A stretch of DNA of 33,870 nt from Actinomycetota bacterium. Lineage in GTDB: Bacteria > Zhuqueibacterota > Zhuqueibacteria > Residuimicrobiales > Krinioviventaceae. The notes beneath the pieces are model-generated. The model saw nothing but the letters and a program-made list of their open reading frames with translations, was not told where the DNA came from and searched no databases. The translations under genes were made by a program, and so were the position numbers. Of the stretch, positions 7,120-16,844 are shown piece by piece; the first letter of the stretch is position 1, and every line of letters starts with the position of its first letter. The DNA lies in assembly GCA_011682565.1 (NCBI GenBank), contig JAACEJ010000001.1, positions 1-33,870 on the forward strand, given 5' to 3'.

Positions 7120-10100
7120 CTAAAATTCGGTCAGTTTTATATTTCGGAAATCGACCCTGGAAGTGTGCGTCTGCAAACCGATATAGCCTTTGCGCCGTTT
7201 TAAACCCGGATGGGAACTTGCCTTATCCATGTAATCGATGAGATTGGCGTTAATGATTTCTTTGCCGTTCAAAGTTACTTTGACATGCGGGCCTTTACAC
7301 TCGATAACTTCCTTTTGCCATTCATTCGCTTTTTTCGTCACCCGTTTCGACGGAGCCTGCACGCCGTAAATGCTGCCGGTGTACTGCCACGGATGAAGAT
7401 GTGCATATTCCTTCGCGTAATCATCCAGAACCTGTATTTCCATACCGACATAAGCGGGGTTGCCTTTGCGCGGGGTGCGGAGAAATACGCCGCTGTTTCC
7501 GCCCGGAGGCACGCGGAATTCCAGTTCCAACCTGAAATCGGCAAACTGTCTTGTCGTGGAAATCCAGCCGCCGCCACCACCACTGGTGTATAAAATACCG
7601 TCTTCAACCTTCCAGCTATCCGGTGAATTGCCGATAACTTCCCAGCCGGTTTTGTCTTTGCCATTGAATAGATAGCCGGAAAACCGCGGTTTCTGCTTTG
7701 GCAGTTCGCGGATAAAAATATTGCGAAAATAAAGCGGCGTGTGATGGGACTGCAATTCGATTTGTCCGATTGGATAGATGGGCTTGTCCCGCTCCCAGTA
7801 ATTTTCCATAACCACACTGTCCACAACCAGCACATCATTCAAATAAACCGTTACCTTGTCGCCGCGCATGATGATGTGAAAAGTGTTCCACTGCCCCACC
7901 GGATGATCGGCGCGCACCAGCGGTTTGCTGGGGTTGATTTTGTTGTTATACAAACCACCGGAGCCTTCCGGCCACTGCGCTGTATCCCAGATTTGCACCT
8001 GTGGAGAGCCGCGTAAATAAATACCGCTGTCGCCATGCTTTTCAATTTTCCAGTCGACGTAAAGCTCAAAATTTTGATAATCTTTGGCCGTGCACAAACT
8101 CTGCCCCTTGCCATCGAAATAGAGTACACCGTCGACGACCTTCCAATGATCGCGCATGACTTGATCTGCTTTGACCTGGGCTTTGGCCAGTTCTTCAGCG
8201 CTCATCTGCGCCCGCTTGGGTGGATTGGCAACCAGTCCTTTCCAGCCGGTCAGGTCTTTGCCGTTGAAAAGAGCTGTAAATCCCTTGGGTGGTTTGTTTT
8301 GCTTTTCTTCCACAATGGGATTGGACTGTAATTTTTGCAGCAAATTTTTATCGGCATTTGCTTCGATGAATGCCAGCGCAACCTGATCGGCGCTGAGATT
8401 TTCTTCAGACTTTGTATCTGTCGATGCGATTTTTGCTGCGGCAAACGCGGCTTCATAGGCTATCGATTTATCCTGTGTTAATCGCGCAACATATCTCAGG
8501 GATTGCGGCGATTTGATATTTGACAATCCGGCCAGCACCATTCGTTTTTCCTCGGGTCGATCGGCCGCCTGCATCAGTTGGCGGCAATAAGCAAAGGCAC
8601 TCGGTGCGCCCATCGGATTTTCGCGCAGAATTCTCAGTGCGCCGCGGATGGCCAAAATTCGCAATGTCTGGTTTTTGTTGTTTTTCGCAATTTGTACGAC
8701 CGCATCCAGGGCGCTCGCATCCGGCCAGTCGATGAGCGTTCGCGTTGCCGCCTCGTTGAGCGCCTTGTTTTCGCCTTGTTTTTGCACAAACTGAAAAGCG
8801 CTTTCACCACCCAGAGCTTTGTAAATTTTCAGCATGGCAATTTTATTCGCTGTAGAGAGGGTAGAAAAAGTTTCCCCTAATTGCTTAAATGCTGCCTTTT
8901 GGTCCGGCAAGTTGCGGATGATTGCAGTGATAGCATTCCGGGCTTCTTTTTTTTCGGATGTATTTTCGCATTTTTGCCAATGCCGGAGCAAAACAGCAAG
9001 ATCGTCTTTTTGGCCGAGATCACCAAGACCTTTCAAAGCCGCAACCCGTAAATTTGGGTCATCGGATGTCAAAGATTCCCGTAAAAATGGAAGCGCTTTG
9101 TCTGTTTGTCGTTCCTGTAAAATTTCCAGCAGAATTCTTTGCGATTTCCCGTCAAGGTTTTTAAATTCTTTTTTTATGACAGGCAACAGTGCTTGCGTAG
9201 GCAATGTCGATAACTCTTTTTTGACGATTGGCACGTCCGCTTCTTCAAAACCGGGCAAAGCAGCTATTAAATCCGCAGCGGCTTTATCTCCGAGAATTGC
9301 TTTTTCAGCAGAAAAAGCAGCCAAACGCACACGCGCGTTTTCCGACTGCAACGACGCTTTGACCAAGGGAAGTGCGGCCGTGGAGCGCTGCCGCCCAAAC
9401 ATTTCGATAATTTCCGCTTTTGTTTCCGGTTCACTCGTTTTTAGCAATCCAATCCATTTTTGCGTTGTCTCGGCTGTGTCAAATTTCTCCGTAAGACGCA
9501 GCGCTGCAACGCGAACCTTTTTATCATCATCCTGCATAAAAGACAAAATATCGTCGATTGCCTGAGCGCCTGTTCCGTCAACCAGCAGCGTCAATGCAGC
9601 GATTTTGGTGTTTTTCGCAAAATTCCCCTGGAAAATATTTCGGCACGAGGAAGCGCCCCGGTTTGCATGGCCGTTTTCAAAAAGGCGCTTGATGTACCTT
9701 AAATATGTTGCAGCCATCGCATTGTCGCCGATGGCTGCTTCTTTTATCAGGTTTTCCGCCGGTAAATACGGCATAGTTGCCAGGGAAAACAGAGCCGCTT
9801 CTCTTGCAGCCGACTTTGCATCTGCGGCGTATTTCATAATCTCGTCTGCGGCCGGCAGGTAGCGCAGTTCGCCTAAGGATTTTATAATCGTAATCCGGTT
9901 GCCGCCGGTTGCGCCCGGTAATGCTGCGAACAGCGCCTGTGCTGCTGCCGGGGTTCCTATTGTTACCAGCGCCCTGGCTGCAGGATCGCACAATCTTTCA
10001 TGGCTTAAGAACTGACTCAGTGCCTGGATTTGATCATCCCTGGCACAATTTTGCAGTTGCGAGATAAGAAAAGCCTTTTCCAGTACCGGCAATTGCATAC

Positions 10101-10455
10101 GCAATGATTGTTCAACTCCGGTGACAAACATTTGGCGCTGCATTTCCTGCCCCTCTTGCGTCACAAAAAGCGAAAGGCCGTTCAGCGCATAGTTTGCGGC
10201 AATGCGTTTCGTTGAATCCTTCGATGCCAGTTGCGCGGCAATTTTCTGCACACCGTCGGACTTGTGTTCGATGATGGCCTGCATAAGCAGCGTCTGCTCG
10301 ACAGCATTGTGCGCCGGAAGTTGTGATAATAAATCCTGCAGCGGAAGATGAGCAAGTGATTCTTGAGTTACAACCTGCTGCCGCTGCGTCGTCGCGCACC
10401 CCATTGTTATGAGAAGAATAGCAACAGCGAGGAATCGATATAGTTTTCTTAGCAT
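7120..10455 (-). CDS. lipoprotein with a ~700-aa HEAT/armadillo-like repeat array fused to two DUF1080 (3-keto-disaccharide-hydrolase-like) domains
   Basis: Lipobox ITMGC after the ATG at 10455 (SD AAAGGAAAAG). Repeated Ala/Leu-rich helical repeats (VRVAALRL, ARVRLAAF, LRVAALKGLGDLG). Two DUF1080 units: FTALFNGKDLTGWKG...IELQSHHTPLYFRNIFIREL and YLFNGKDKTGWEV...IGLQTHTSRVDFRNIKL. Confidence 0.8.
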   Translation of the reverse strand: MLRKLYRFLAVAILLITMGCATTQRQQVVTQESLAHLPLQDLLSQLPAHNAVEQTLLMQAIIEHKSDGVQKIAAQLASKDSTKRIAANYALNGLSLFVTQEGQEMQRQMFVTGVEQSLRMQLPVLEKAFLISQLQNCARDDQIQALSQFLSHERLCDPAARALVTIGTPAAAQALFAALPGATGGNRITIIKSLGELRYLPAADEIMKYAADAKSAAREAALFSLATMPYLPAENLIKEAAIGDNAMAATYLRYIKRLFENGHANRGASSCRNIFQGNFAKNTKIAALTLLVDGTGAQAIDDILSFMQDDDKKVRVAALRLTEKFDTAETTQKWIGLLKTSEPETKAEIIEMFGRQRSTAALPLVKASLQSENARVRLAAFSAEKAILGDKAAADLIAALPGFEEADVPIVKKELSTLPTQALLPVIKKEFKNLDGKSQRILLEILQERQTDKALPFLRESLTSDDPNLRVAALKGLGDLGQKDDLAVLLRHWQKCENTSEKKEARNAITAIIRNLPDQKAAFKQLGETFSTLSTANKIAMLKIYKALGGESAFQFVQKQGENKALNEAATRTLIDWPDASALDAVVQIAKNNKNQTLRILAIRGALRILRENPMGAPSAFAYCRQLMQAADRPEEKRMVLAGLSNIKSPQSLRYVARLTQDKSIAYEAAFAAAKIASTDTKSEENLSADQVALAFIEANADKNLLQKLQSNPIVEEKQNKPPKGFTALFNGKDLTGWKGLVANPPKRAQMSAEELAKAQVKADQVMRDHWKVVDGVLYFDGKGQSLCTAKDYQNFELYVDWKIEKHGDSGIYLRGSPQVQIWDTAQWPEGSGGLYNNKINPSKPLVRADHPVGQWNTFHIIMRGDKVTVYLNDVLVVDSVVMENYWERDKPIYPIGQIELQSHHTPLYFRNIFIRELPKQKPRFSGYLFNGKDKTGWEVIGNSPDSWKVEDGILYTSGGGGGWISTTRQFADFRLELEFRVPPGGNSGVFLRTPRKGNPAYVGMEIQVLDDYAKEYAHLHPWQYTGSIYGVQAPSKRVTKKANEWQKEVIECKGPHVKVTLNGKEIINANLIDYMDKASSHPGLKRRKGYIGLQTHTSRVDFRNIKLTEF

Positions 10456-10549
10456 CAGTTCTTTTCCTTTCGGTTTTTTGTAAAAACTGTGTAATCCATA
10501 AAGGGATTGCACTCCTGTAAAAGCCAGAACTTTTGCATAGAATATCTGC

Positions 10550-12574
10550 TTATTTCATTTCCATGGTTATCCCCGGCCAATCATCTGTGCGAAAAGGCGC
10601 GGCCGGTAAATCGGCTTTATTGTAAAGCGTGGCAACAGGATTGCTCGCCCAGGCATACCTCACTGCCACAGGATTCTTAATATCAGGATGCCATACGACG
10701 ACGGTTTTGCCGGCAATTTTCGCCCGGGCCCAGCGGAATTTTCGATCCGCACCGGCAATTGCAAAAGCAAAATCAAACCCCGGGATCGCAAGGACCCCGG
10801 GGCTCTTTATGACAAGTCCACCATCTACATAATCAAATGAGAGGTGAATCCTGCCACTATCAATTATCATGGATTTATAGATTGGGCCGGAAGGAACAAC
10901 ATCCTCGCCATAAACAAAATGTCGCGCATTCAGCGCCAAGCGTCTGCCCACTTGCTGTTTGTTCTTTGGGTGAATGTCCTTTGCATCGCCAATATCTATA
11001 GTAACGGCCATGCCGGTGTTGGGCAAAGAGAGAGCCATGAGTTGTGCTTCCCGAAGCTCTGCCCATGCATCATCCGACGGCATCGGCTTACGTTTCATAA
11101 AATTGGCCAACTGAACAAAAAGAAAAGGAAAATCACCTTCACCCCAATGGCTGCGCCAGTCCCGAATGAGTGTTTTGAAAAGTGTGCGATACTGGTAAGC
11201 CCGATCGGTATTTGCTTCGCCCTGGTACCAAATCGCGCCACGAATGGCAAAAGGGAGCAGCGGCGAGATCATGCCGTTGAATAACACTGTGGGACGATTA
11301 GCAACATTGGGAATGTCCGCTAAAGGCGGCAGTTTTTTCAGATCGAGCGGAAGAGTATCCGTTTTGTAACGCCACGTTCCGGCGAGTGAAATGGAATCTT
11401 TTGAAGCGGTTGACAGGTTCATTTGCTTCGGCGTTCCATATAACCCTCCCTTGTTGCCGATGTCCAGTACCTGGACAACAACAACGTTTCGTCCCGACTT
11501 GACGAGTTCGCCGGGGATGTGATAAATGCGCGGAATCACCGGATGACCAATGCTGCCGACTTGTGTTCCATTAAACCAGGTCACGTCGAAATCATTGATC
11601 GGTCCCAGTGACAGCGTTAAATCCTGCCCTTTCCAGGAATCCGGGATGTCGATCTCTTTCCGAAACCAGACCACACCGTCGACTTCCAGCCCGGCAGTTT
11701 CCCACAATGTGGGCAGTTTCATTTTATGCCAGTTTTTTGTATTATAATTCAGCTTTTCCCAACCGTGGTTGTATCCACCCACGGCTGCAATTCTTTGTTC
11801 AGCTATCTTGCCCCACTTTTCGACCTTTTCCCGGTAAAGATTCAATAAATTGCTTTCGTCGAATTTGTTATCCTGAATGGCCTGTATAACCCCGGTAAAT
11901 TCCGGATTATTTTTCAGGGAATTCGCACTTGTCCAGGCTTCAACAGGTGTGCCTCCCCAGGACGAGTGAAGCAAACCAATGGGAATATCGAGATCTTTAT
12001 AAAGCTCCCGGCCAAAAAAATAGGCCGTCGCGGAAAATCCAGCAATTGTGGCTGGGGAACATTCGTTCCAGCCAACAGCCCTGACATCTGTTGCGGGCCT
12101 GGAGGCTATGGTGTGTTCAATTTGCATCAAGCGAATATTGGGATAATTTGCAGCGGCAATCTCCTGCTCATAATTTTTCACTTTTCCCCAACCGGCCAGA
12201 GGCATCTCCATGTTGGACTGTCCGGAGCAAAGCCAGACTTCACCAACCATCACGTTTTTAAAAATGATCGTATCCTGACCCATGATCTTCATTTCATACG
12301 GACCGCCCGCAGTGAGCGGTGCGAGATCAATTTGCCACTTACCCTGATCTGATACACGCGTCTTTTTGATCTGTTTGCCAAATTGCACAGTAACTCTGCC
12401 CCGGGGCTTGGCTGTTCCCCAAACAGGCACTTTTATCTCTCGCTGCAAAACCATATTGTCGCTGAAAACACGCGGTAAATGAATGCTCGCGGCAGGTTTA
12501 TTCCGGATCGAACACCCGGCAATGATAAAAAGCAAAAAAAGTATTACCGAAAGATTAGCTTTGTAATGGCGCAT
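10550..12574 (-). CDS. sialate O-acetylesterase-like (SASA/SGNH) carbohydrate esterase lipoprotein
   Basis: Hallmark VWLCSGQSNME plus HSSWGGTPVEAW, WYQGEAN and DIHPKNKQ. Lipobox IIAGC. I prefer the ATG at 12574 over the TTG at 12592. Confidence 0.85.
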   Translation of the reverse strand: MRHYKANLSVILFLLFIIAGCSIRNKPAASIHLPRVFSDNMVLQREIKVPVWGTAKPRGRVTVQFGKQIKKTRVSDQGKWQIDLAPLTAGGPYEMKIMGQDTIIFKNVMVGEVWLCSGQSNMEMPLAGWGKVKNYEQEIAAANYPNIRLMQIEHTIASRPATDVRAVGWNECSPATIAGFSATAYFFGRELYKDLDIPIGLLHSSWGGTPVEAWTSANSLKNNPEFTGVIQAIQDNKFDESNLLNLYREKVEKWGKIAEQRIAAVGGYNHGWEKLNYNTKNWHKMKLPTLWETAGLEVDGVVWFRKEIDIPDSWKGQDLTLSLGPINDFDVTWFNGTQVGSIGHPVIPRIYHIPGELVKSGRNVVVVQVLDIGNKGGLYGTPKQMNLSTASKDSISLAGTWRYKTDTLPLDLKKLPPLADIPNVANRPTVLFNGMISPLLPFAIRGAIWYQGEANTDRAYQYRTLFKTLIRDWRSHWGEGDFPFLFVQLANFMKRKPMPSDDAWAELREAQLMALSLPNTGMAVTIDIGDAKDIHPKNKQQVGRRLALNARHFVYGEDVVPSGPIYKSMIIDSGRIHLSFDYVDGGLVIKSPGVLAIPGFDFAFAIAGADRKFRWARAKIAGKTVVVWHPDIKNPVAVRYAWASNPVATLYNKADLPAAPFRTDDWPGITMEMK

Positions 12575-12691
12575 TATTATTCTCTCATTCAATTTTAATA
12601 TAATGGATAGTATTCAAATCAAACATAAAATCCAAATATTTTTTTCAAAAAAAATTTTTTTTCGAGAAAACAATCAAGGCACAATTTAACG

Positions 12692-12724
12692 AAAAAAGGC
12701 GAATCAAACAGACCCGCCTTTTTA
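12692..12724 (-). terminator. rho-independent terminator downstream of the PpiD-like gene
   Basis: Stem AAGGCG/CGCCTT (12696-12701 / 12715-12720), flanked by A/T runs on both sides. On the minus strand it is followed by TTTTTTC. Confidence 0.55.
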
Positions 12725-12731
12725 AATCCAA

Positions 12732-14528
12732 TTATAAATAGTCACCACGATAGTCTTTAATTTTTGCCTTCTTTTTAATGGCTGAATACCACGCGCCGAA
12801 CAACTGTTGTTGCTTGCGCGCGATGAGAGCTTTTTTAAGGTTCTCTTTTTGACTCTCGAACGCCTTTTCATCGATATCCTTTTTATCAATGACCTGCAGA
12901 AGATAGTATCCTCGCGTTCCTTCAATGGGTTGCGAATATTCACCGATGTCGAGGGCAAAGGCAGCGCCGACAAATCGAGGTTCGCGTCCAACGCCAGGAA
13001 CGTACCCAGTCATCGTGAATTCGTCTGTTTCTTTCACTTTCAAACTATCATCCGCAGCAACTTCATCAATAGGCGTACCGGCTTTAATTTTGTTATACGC
13101 GGCTTCGCACTGGGCTTTTGCCAGTTCCATTCTTTTTTCCGTTTTCAGGGTATTCACAATTTGCGTTCGCATTTCATCTAAAGGCTTGATATGCTTTTTT
13201 ATTATATCCGCGAGAGAAGCGACTAAATATCCTTTATCGAGATAGAAAACATCACTTAATTTACCCTTACCGCTTCGAAACGCCCAGCGATTAACGCGGC
13301 GCTCCATCCCGATACCGGGAATAAATGCTTCTTCCGCAAAAGGTGGTGTTTTTTTCACCTCATAGCCTTCAGCTTTGACAACCGTTGCTAAATCAGATTC
13401 TTTTGCATATTCTGCGATATAATTTGCTTCATCCTTCAAGGCTTCGCGCGTAGCAGGCGAAGCTTCAAACTTTAAAAGAATATGGCTGGCTTTAACTTCT
13501 TCTTTGCCTTTTACTCTTTTTTTGTCAACGACTTTAATAATGTGCAATCCGTACTGTGATTCTATGGGGCCGATAATTTGGCCTTTTTTTGCCGCAAAAG
13601 CTGCTTCTTCAAAAGGTTTGAGCATTGCCCCCCTGGCGAAATAACCGAGATCGCCGCCTTTTTCCGCAGAACCTGTATCCTGAGAATAAAGCTTGGCAAG
13701 CTGGGCAAAATCTTCACCACTTTTCGCCTCTTTTAAAACATCCTGCGCTTGTTTAAAGGTTGCCTCAGTATCAACCTTTGTCGGCTTGATATCGATTAAA
13801 ACATACTCGAGAACACGCTTTTCAACTTCGCGATACTCATCTTTGTGTTTATTGTAAAAAGTGGTAATTTCATCCTCTGTTGGTTCGGACGTATTTTTTG
13901 TAAAGCTGTTTGCATCAAAAAAAAGATAGTTCACTTTGGCCTTTGCGTTGTTTTTCATGTATTCCAGTTTTGCATCATCATCAGTGACAACGACGGAGGC
14001 GCGCAAGAGGTTAAATAATTTGAGACGAGGAATTTGAGAACGAATAGCATTTTCGATAGGACGCCAGTCGGCTGCCGGATTATCCAGCGCTTGCCGATAT
14101 TTATTCATATCAAATGCGCCGCTCGAATCCTTAAACGCAGCATTCGACTTTAGGAATTCCGGGGGGTTGTTTTTAATTTCATCAAGAATTTCCTGATCTG
14201 TAGCATGTAATTTCAGTTTTTTCACCTCTTGTTCCAGCAAAATTTGTTGAACAAGGGTTTCAAAAACCTGATTTTCTATCTGTCGCAATTGATATCCTTC
14301 GGGCTCAGAGCCTGTGCGATCTCTTTGCGATTGTATCGCGGCGCGATATCTTTCATTAAACTGTTCGTAACTGATTTCCACGTTGTTTACAGAAGCAATA
14401 ATTCCACGCGGCTGGTTTCTTTTTAATCCCCCCATTCCCCAACTGAAAATAATCGTCAGGATAAACGCGAACACAAGGATCAAAAGAATGGTTTTTGTGT
14501 TTTCGCGCATGCGATTCATTACGGCCAT
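12732..14528 (-). CDS. ppiD: periplasmic chaperone / peptidyl-prolyl isomerase, PpiD-like (SurA-N plus parvulin domain)
   Basis: N-terminal membrane anchor ILLILVFAFILTIIF. Parvulin motif GEDFAQLAKLYSQDTGSAEKGGDLGYF...YGLHIIKV. Overall PpiD architecture. ATG at 14528 with SD GAGGA (ORF track starts at 14621). Confidence 0.8.
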   Translation of the reverse strand: MAVMNRMRENTKTILLILVFAFILTIIFSWGMGGLKRNQPRGIIASVNNVEISYEQFNERYRAAIQSQRDRTGSEPEGYQLRQIENQVFETLVQQILLEQEVKKLKLHATDQEILDEIKNNPPEFLKSNAAFKDSSGAFDMNKYRQALDNPAADWRPIENAIRSQIPRLKLFNLLRASVVVTDDDAKLEYMKNNAKAKVNYLFFDANSFTKNTSEPTEDEITTFYNKHKDEYREVEKRVLEYVLIDIKPTKVDTEATFKQAQDVLKEAKSGEDFAQLAKLYSQDTGSAEKGGDLGYFARGAMLKPFEEAAFAAKKGQIIGPIESQYGLHIIKVVDKKRVKGKEEVKASHILLKFEASPATREALKDEANYIAEYAKESDLATVVKAEGYEVKKTPPFAEEAFIPGIGMERRVNRWAFRSGKGKLSDVFYLDKGYLVASLADIIKKHIKPLDEMRTQIVNTLKTEKRMELAKAQCEAAYNKIKAGTPIDEVAADDSLKVKETDEFTMTGYVPGVGREPRFVGAAFALDIGEYSQPIEGTRGYYLLQVIDKKDIDEKAFESQKENLKKALIARKQQQLFGAWYSAIKKKAKIKDYRGDYL

Positions 14529-14642
14529 ATTAGCATCCTCAAAAAAATAGTATATAGATAAGGCAAATTTTTCGATACAACTAAAACTTGAAAATATAAG
14601 CTTATGGGCAGTAAAAATCAAGGCCTTTTTAGCGGGAGCATT

Positions 14643-16844
14643 TTAAGCAACGTGGATCATACCATTTCCTTGAGCTGTAAACTCGCCGATCATTGTAACT
14701 TTTGTTGTACATTTTTTTTGCAAGGCAATAAGCGCAGATTCGGCATCATCAGGAGGAATGGCGAACAAAAGCCCGCCCGAAGTCTGAGCGTCGACCAATA
14801 GCGTCCGCGCGAGGTCCGGCACAGACTCCTGCCACGTAACGAATTTTGAAACATAATCCAGATTCGACAAGGTGCCGCCGGGAACGATCCCTGCACCGGC
14901 AAATCCCCAGGCCTCCTCAATAATAGCAACCTGGTCAGAATTAATCCGGGCGTCGACTTTACTACCGCGTGTCATTTCCGATAAATGTCCCAGCAAGCCA
15001 AAACCGGTTACATCGGTACAGGCGTGCACCTTAAAAGGCTCAACAGCTTTTGCTGCCGCCAGGTTTAGCGTTGCCATAATTTCAATCGCATTTTCAATCG
15101 TCCCGTCCTCAGCCAAGCCTTTTTTTATCGCCGTAGCAATAATCCCCAGGCCAATGGGTTTCGTCAAAATAATTTTATCCCCGGGTTGTGCTCCGATATT
15201 TTTTAAAATTTTCTGCGGGTTAACCAAACCGGTAACCGCAAGGCCGTATTTGGGTTCGGTGTCATCCACTGTGTGGCCGCCAATAACAGGTATTCCGGCT
15301 TCCTTAGCTTTATCGGCAGCACCTTTTAAAATGGTTTCGAGAACAGACATGGGCAGACGATTTGAAGGGAACCCGACAATATTCAGGCCGAAAAGCGGAC
15401 GCCCACCCATTGCATAAATATCGCTCAGCGAATTTGTCGCCGCAATGGCGCCAAAAGAGTAGGGGTCATCAACAATCGGTGTAAAAAAATCGACGGTTTG
15501 CACGATAGCTGTTTCCGGTGCCAGCAAGTAAACAGCCGCATCATCGGCGGATTCTGTCCCCACCAGAACACGTTCATCGGTTGGTTTCGGTAAATCGGCA
15601 AGAACTTTTTCCAAAGCCTGGGGTCGCAATTTGCAGGCACATCCCAGACCATGGGTAAAGTGAGTGAGCTTGATGTCTGTCGTGATGAACGGCATCGGTT
15701 CTTCCTCATCGCTGCCGTAAAGTTTATTGATCGTCTCACTGATGCTTTCAACTGCTTTGTCAATTTCTTCTTCCGTGGTAGTTTTGCCGACGGAAAACCT
15801 GATTGTGCCCATTGCCCATTCTGTCGGGATTTTCATGGCTTCGAGAACATGAGAAACGTCAACCTGATCCGAATGACAGGCAGCACCGGCAGAGGCGGCA
15901 ATATCGGTCAACTCGGACAGAATTGTGTCCGCCTCGATTCCTTTAAAACTGAGACTGAGCGTGTTCGGCAAACGCTCTTTTTGGGGACCGTTCAGTTGCA
16001 CATTTTTAATTCGTTCCGCCAGGCCCCTGTGCAGTCGATCTCGCAACTTTTCCATTTTTGCTGCATTTTTTAAAAGGTCCCGACCGGCAACCTGACATGC
16101 TTTGCCCAGCCCGACGATCTCCAGAACATTTTCCGTACCGGCGCGCAGATTGCGTTCGTGATCCGCGCCGTGAATTTGCTTTTCCAAATGGATGCCCCGG
16201 CGGATGAACAGCGCACCGATTCCTTTTGGTGCATAAAGTTTATGCCCGGCAACGGAAAGCATATCAACCCCCAAATCATTCACCTCAGTCGGAATTTTGC
16301 CGACGGACTGCGCCGCATCGGTGTGAAAAGCAATGCCCTTTTCCCCGGTGATCTGTGCAATCTCTTTTATCGGTTGAACAGAACCCACTTCATTATTCGC
16401 ATGCATTACGGATATGAGAATCGTATCAGCAGTAATTGCTTTTTCAATATCTTGCACATGAACTAGCCCAAACTCATCGACAGGTAAATATGTTATTCTA
16501 AAGCCATGCTCGGCAAGGTAGCGACAGACTTCAAACACAGCAGGGTGCTCAATAGCTGTGGTGATAATATGATTACCTTTATCCCGGTTGGCCAAAGCAT
16601 AACCTTTTATAGCATAATTATTGGATTCGCTTCCGCCGCTGGTAAAAATAATTTCATCAAGATGACATCCCAATAAATTGGCGACTTGTTTTCGGGCGTT
16701 CTCGATAGCCTTTTTTGTTTGTATGCCATACCAGTGAGAACTGGACGGATTGCCAAATTTTTCCTTTAAAAATGGCAGCATGGCATCAGCGACCTCTGCA
16801 TCGATTGGCGTTGTTGCATTGTAATCAAGGTAAATCGGTTGCAT
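14643..16844 (-). CDS. selD: fusion protein: NifS-like cysteine desulfurase / selenocysteine lyase (aa 1-~380) plus selenide, water dikinase SelD (aa ~388-733)
   Basis: N-terminal half: LDYNATTP, PLP-Lys SVAGHKLYAPKG, active-site Cys SAGAACHS. C-terminal half: SelD motif HGLGCACK (Cys codon TGT at 15639-15641, not Sec), DDAAVY, SDIYAMGG, GGHTVDD. It is a single uninterrupted ORF. Confidence 0.9.
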   Translation of the reverse strand: MQPIYLDYNATTPIDAEVADAMLPFLKEKFGNPSSSHWYGIQTKKAIENARKQVANLLGCHLDEIIFTSGGSESNNYAIKGYALANRDKGNHIITTAIEHPAVFEVCRYLAEHGFRITYLPVDEFGLVHVQDIEKAITADTILISVMHANNEVGSVQPIKEIAQITGEKGIAFHTDAAQSVGKIPTEVNDLGVDMLSVAGHKLYAPKGIGALFIRRGIHLEKQIHGADHERNLRAGTENVLEIVGLGKACQVAGRDLLKNAAKMEKLRDRLHRGLAERIKNVQLNGPQKERLPNTLSLSFKGIEADTILSELTDIAASAGAACHSDQVDVSHVLEAMKIPTEWAMGTIRFSVGKTTTEEEIDKAVESISETINKLYGSDEEEPMPFITTDIKLTHFTHGLGCACKLRPQALEKVLADLPKPTDERVLVGTESADDAAVYLLAPETAIVQTVDFFTPIVDDPYSFGAIAATNSLSDIYAMGGRPLFGLNIVGFPSNRLPMSVLETILKGAADKAKEAGIPVIGGHTVDDTEPKYGLAVTGLVNPQKILKNIGAQPGDKIILTKPIGLGIIATAIKKGLAEDGTIENAIEIMATLNLAAAKAVEPFKVHACTDVTGFGLLGHLSEMTRGSKVDARINSDQVAIIEEAWGFAGAGIVPGGTLSNLDYVSKFVTWQESVPDLARTLLVDAQTSGGLLFAIPPDDAESALIALQKKCTTKVTMIGEFTAQGNGMIHVA

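Noticed and set aside
8834-9565. 243-aa plus-strand ORF, along with several other antisense ORFs, inside the HEAT/DUF1080 gene
   Set aside because: It lies antisense to a well-supported 1111-aa gene. The low-complexity Ser/Ala/Arg-rich translation is typical of shadow ORFs opposite Ala/Leu-rich coding sequence.
14643-16844. Possible Sec (in-frame TGA) codon in SelD or in neighbouring genes, given the selenium context
   Set aside because: The SelD active-site position is a TGT Cys codon (15639-15641) and the ORF is uninterrupted. I found no pair of adjacent same-frame ORFs split by a single TGA in the window.
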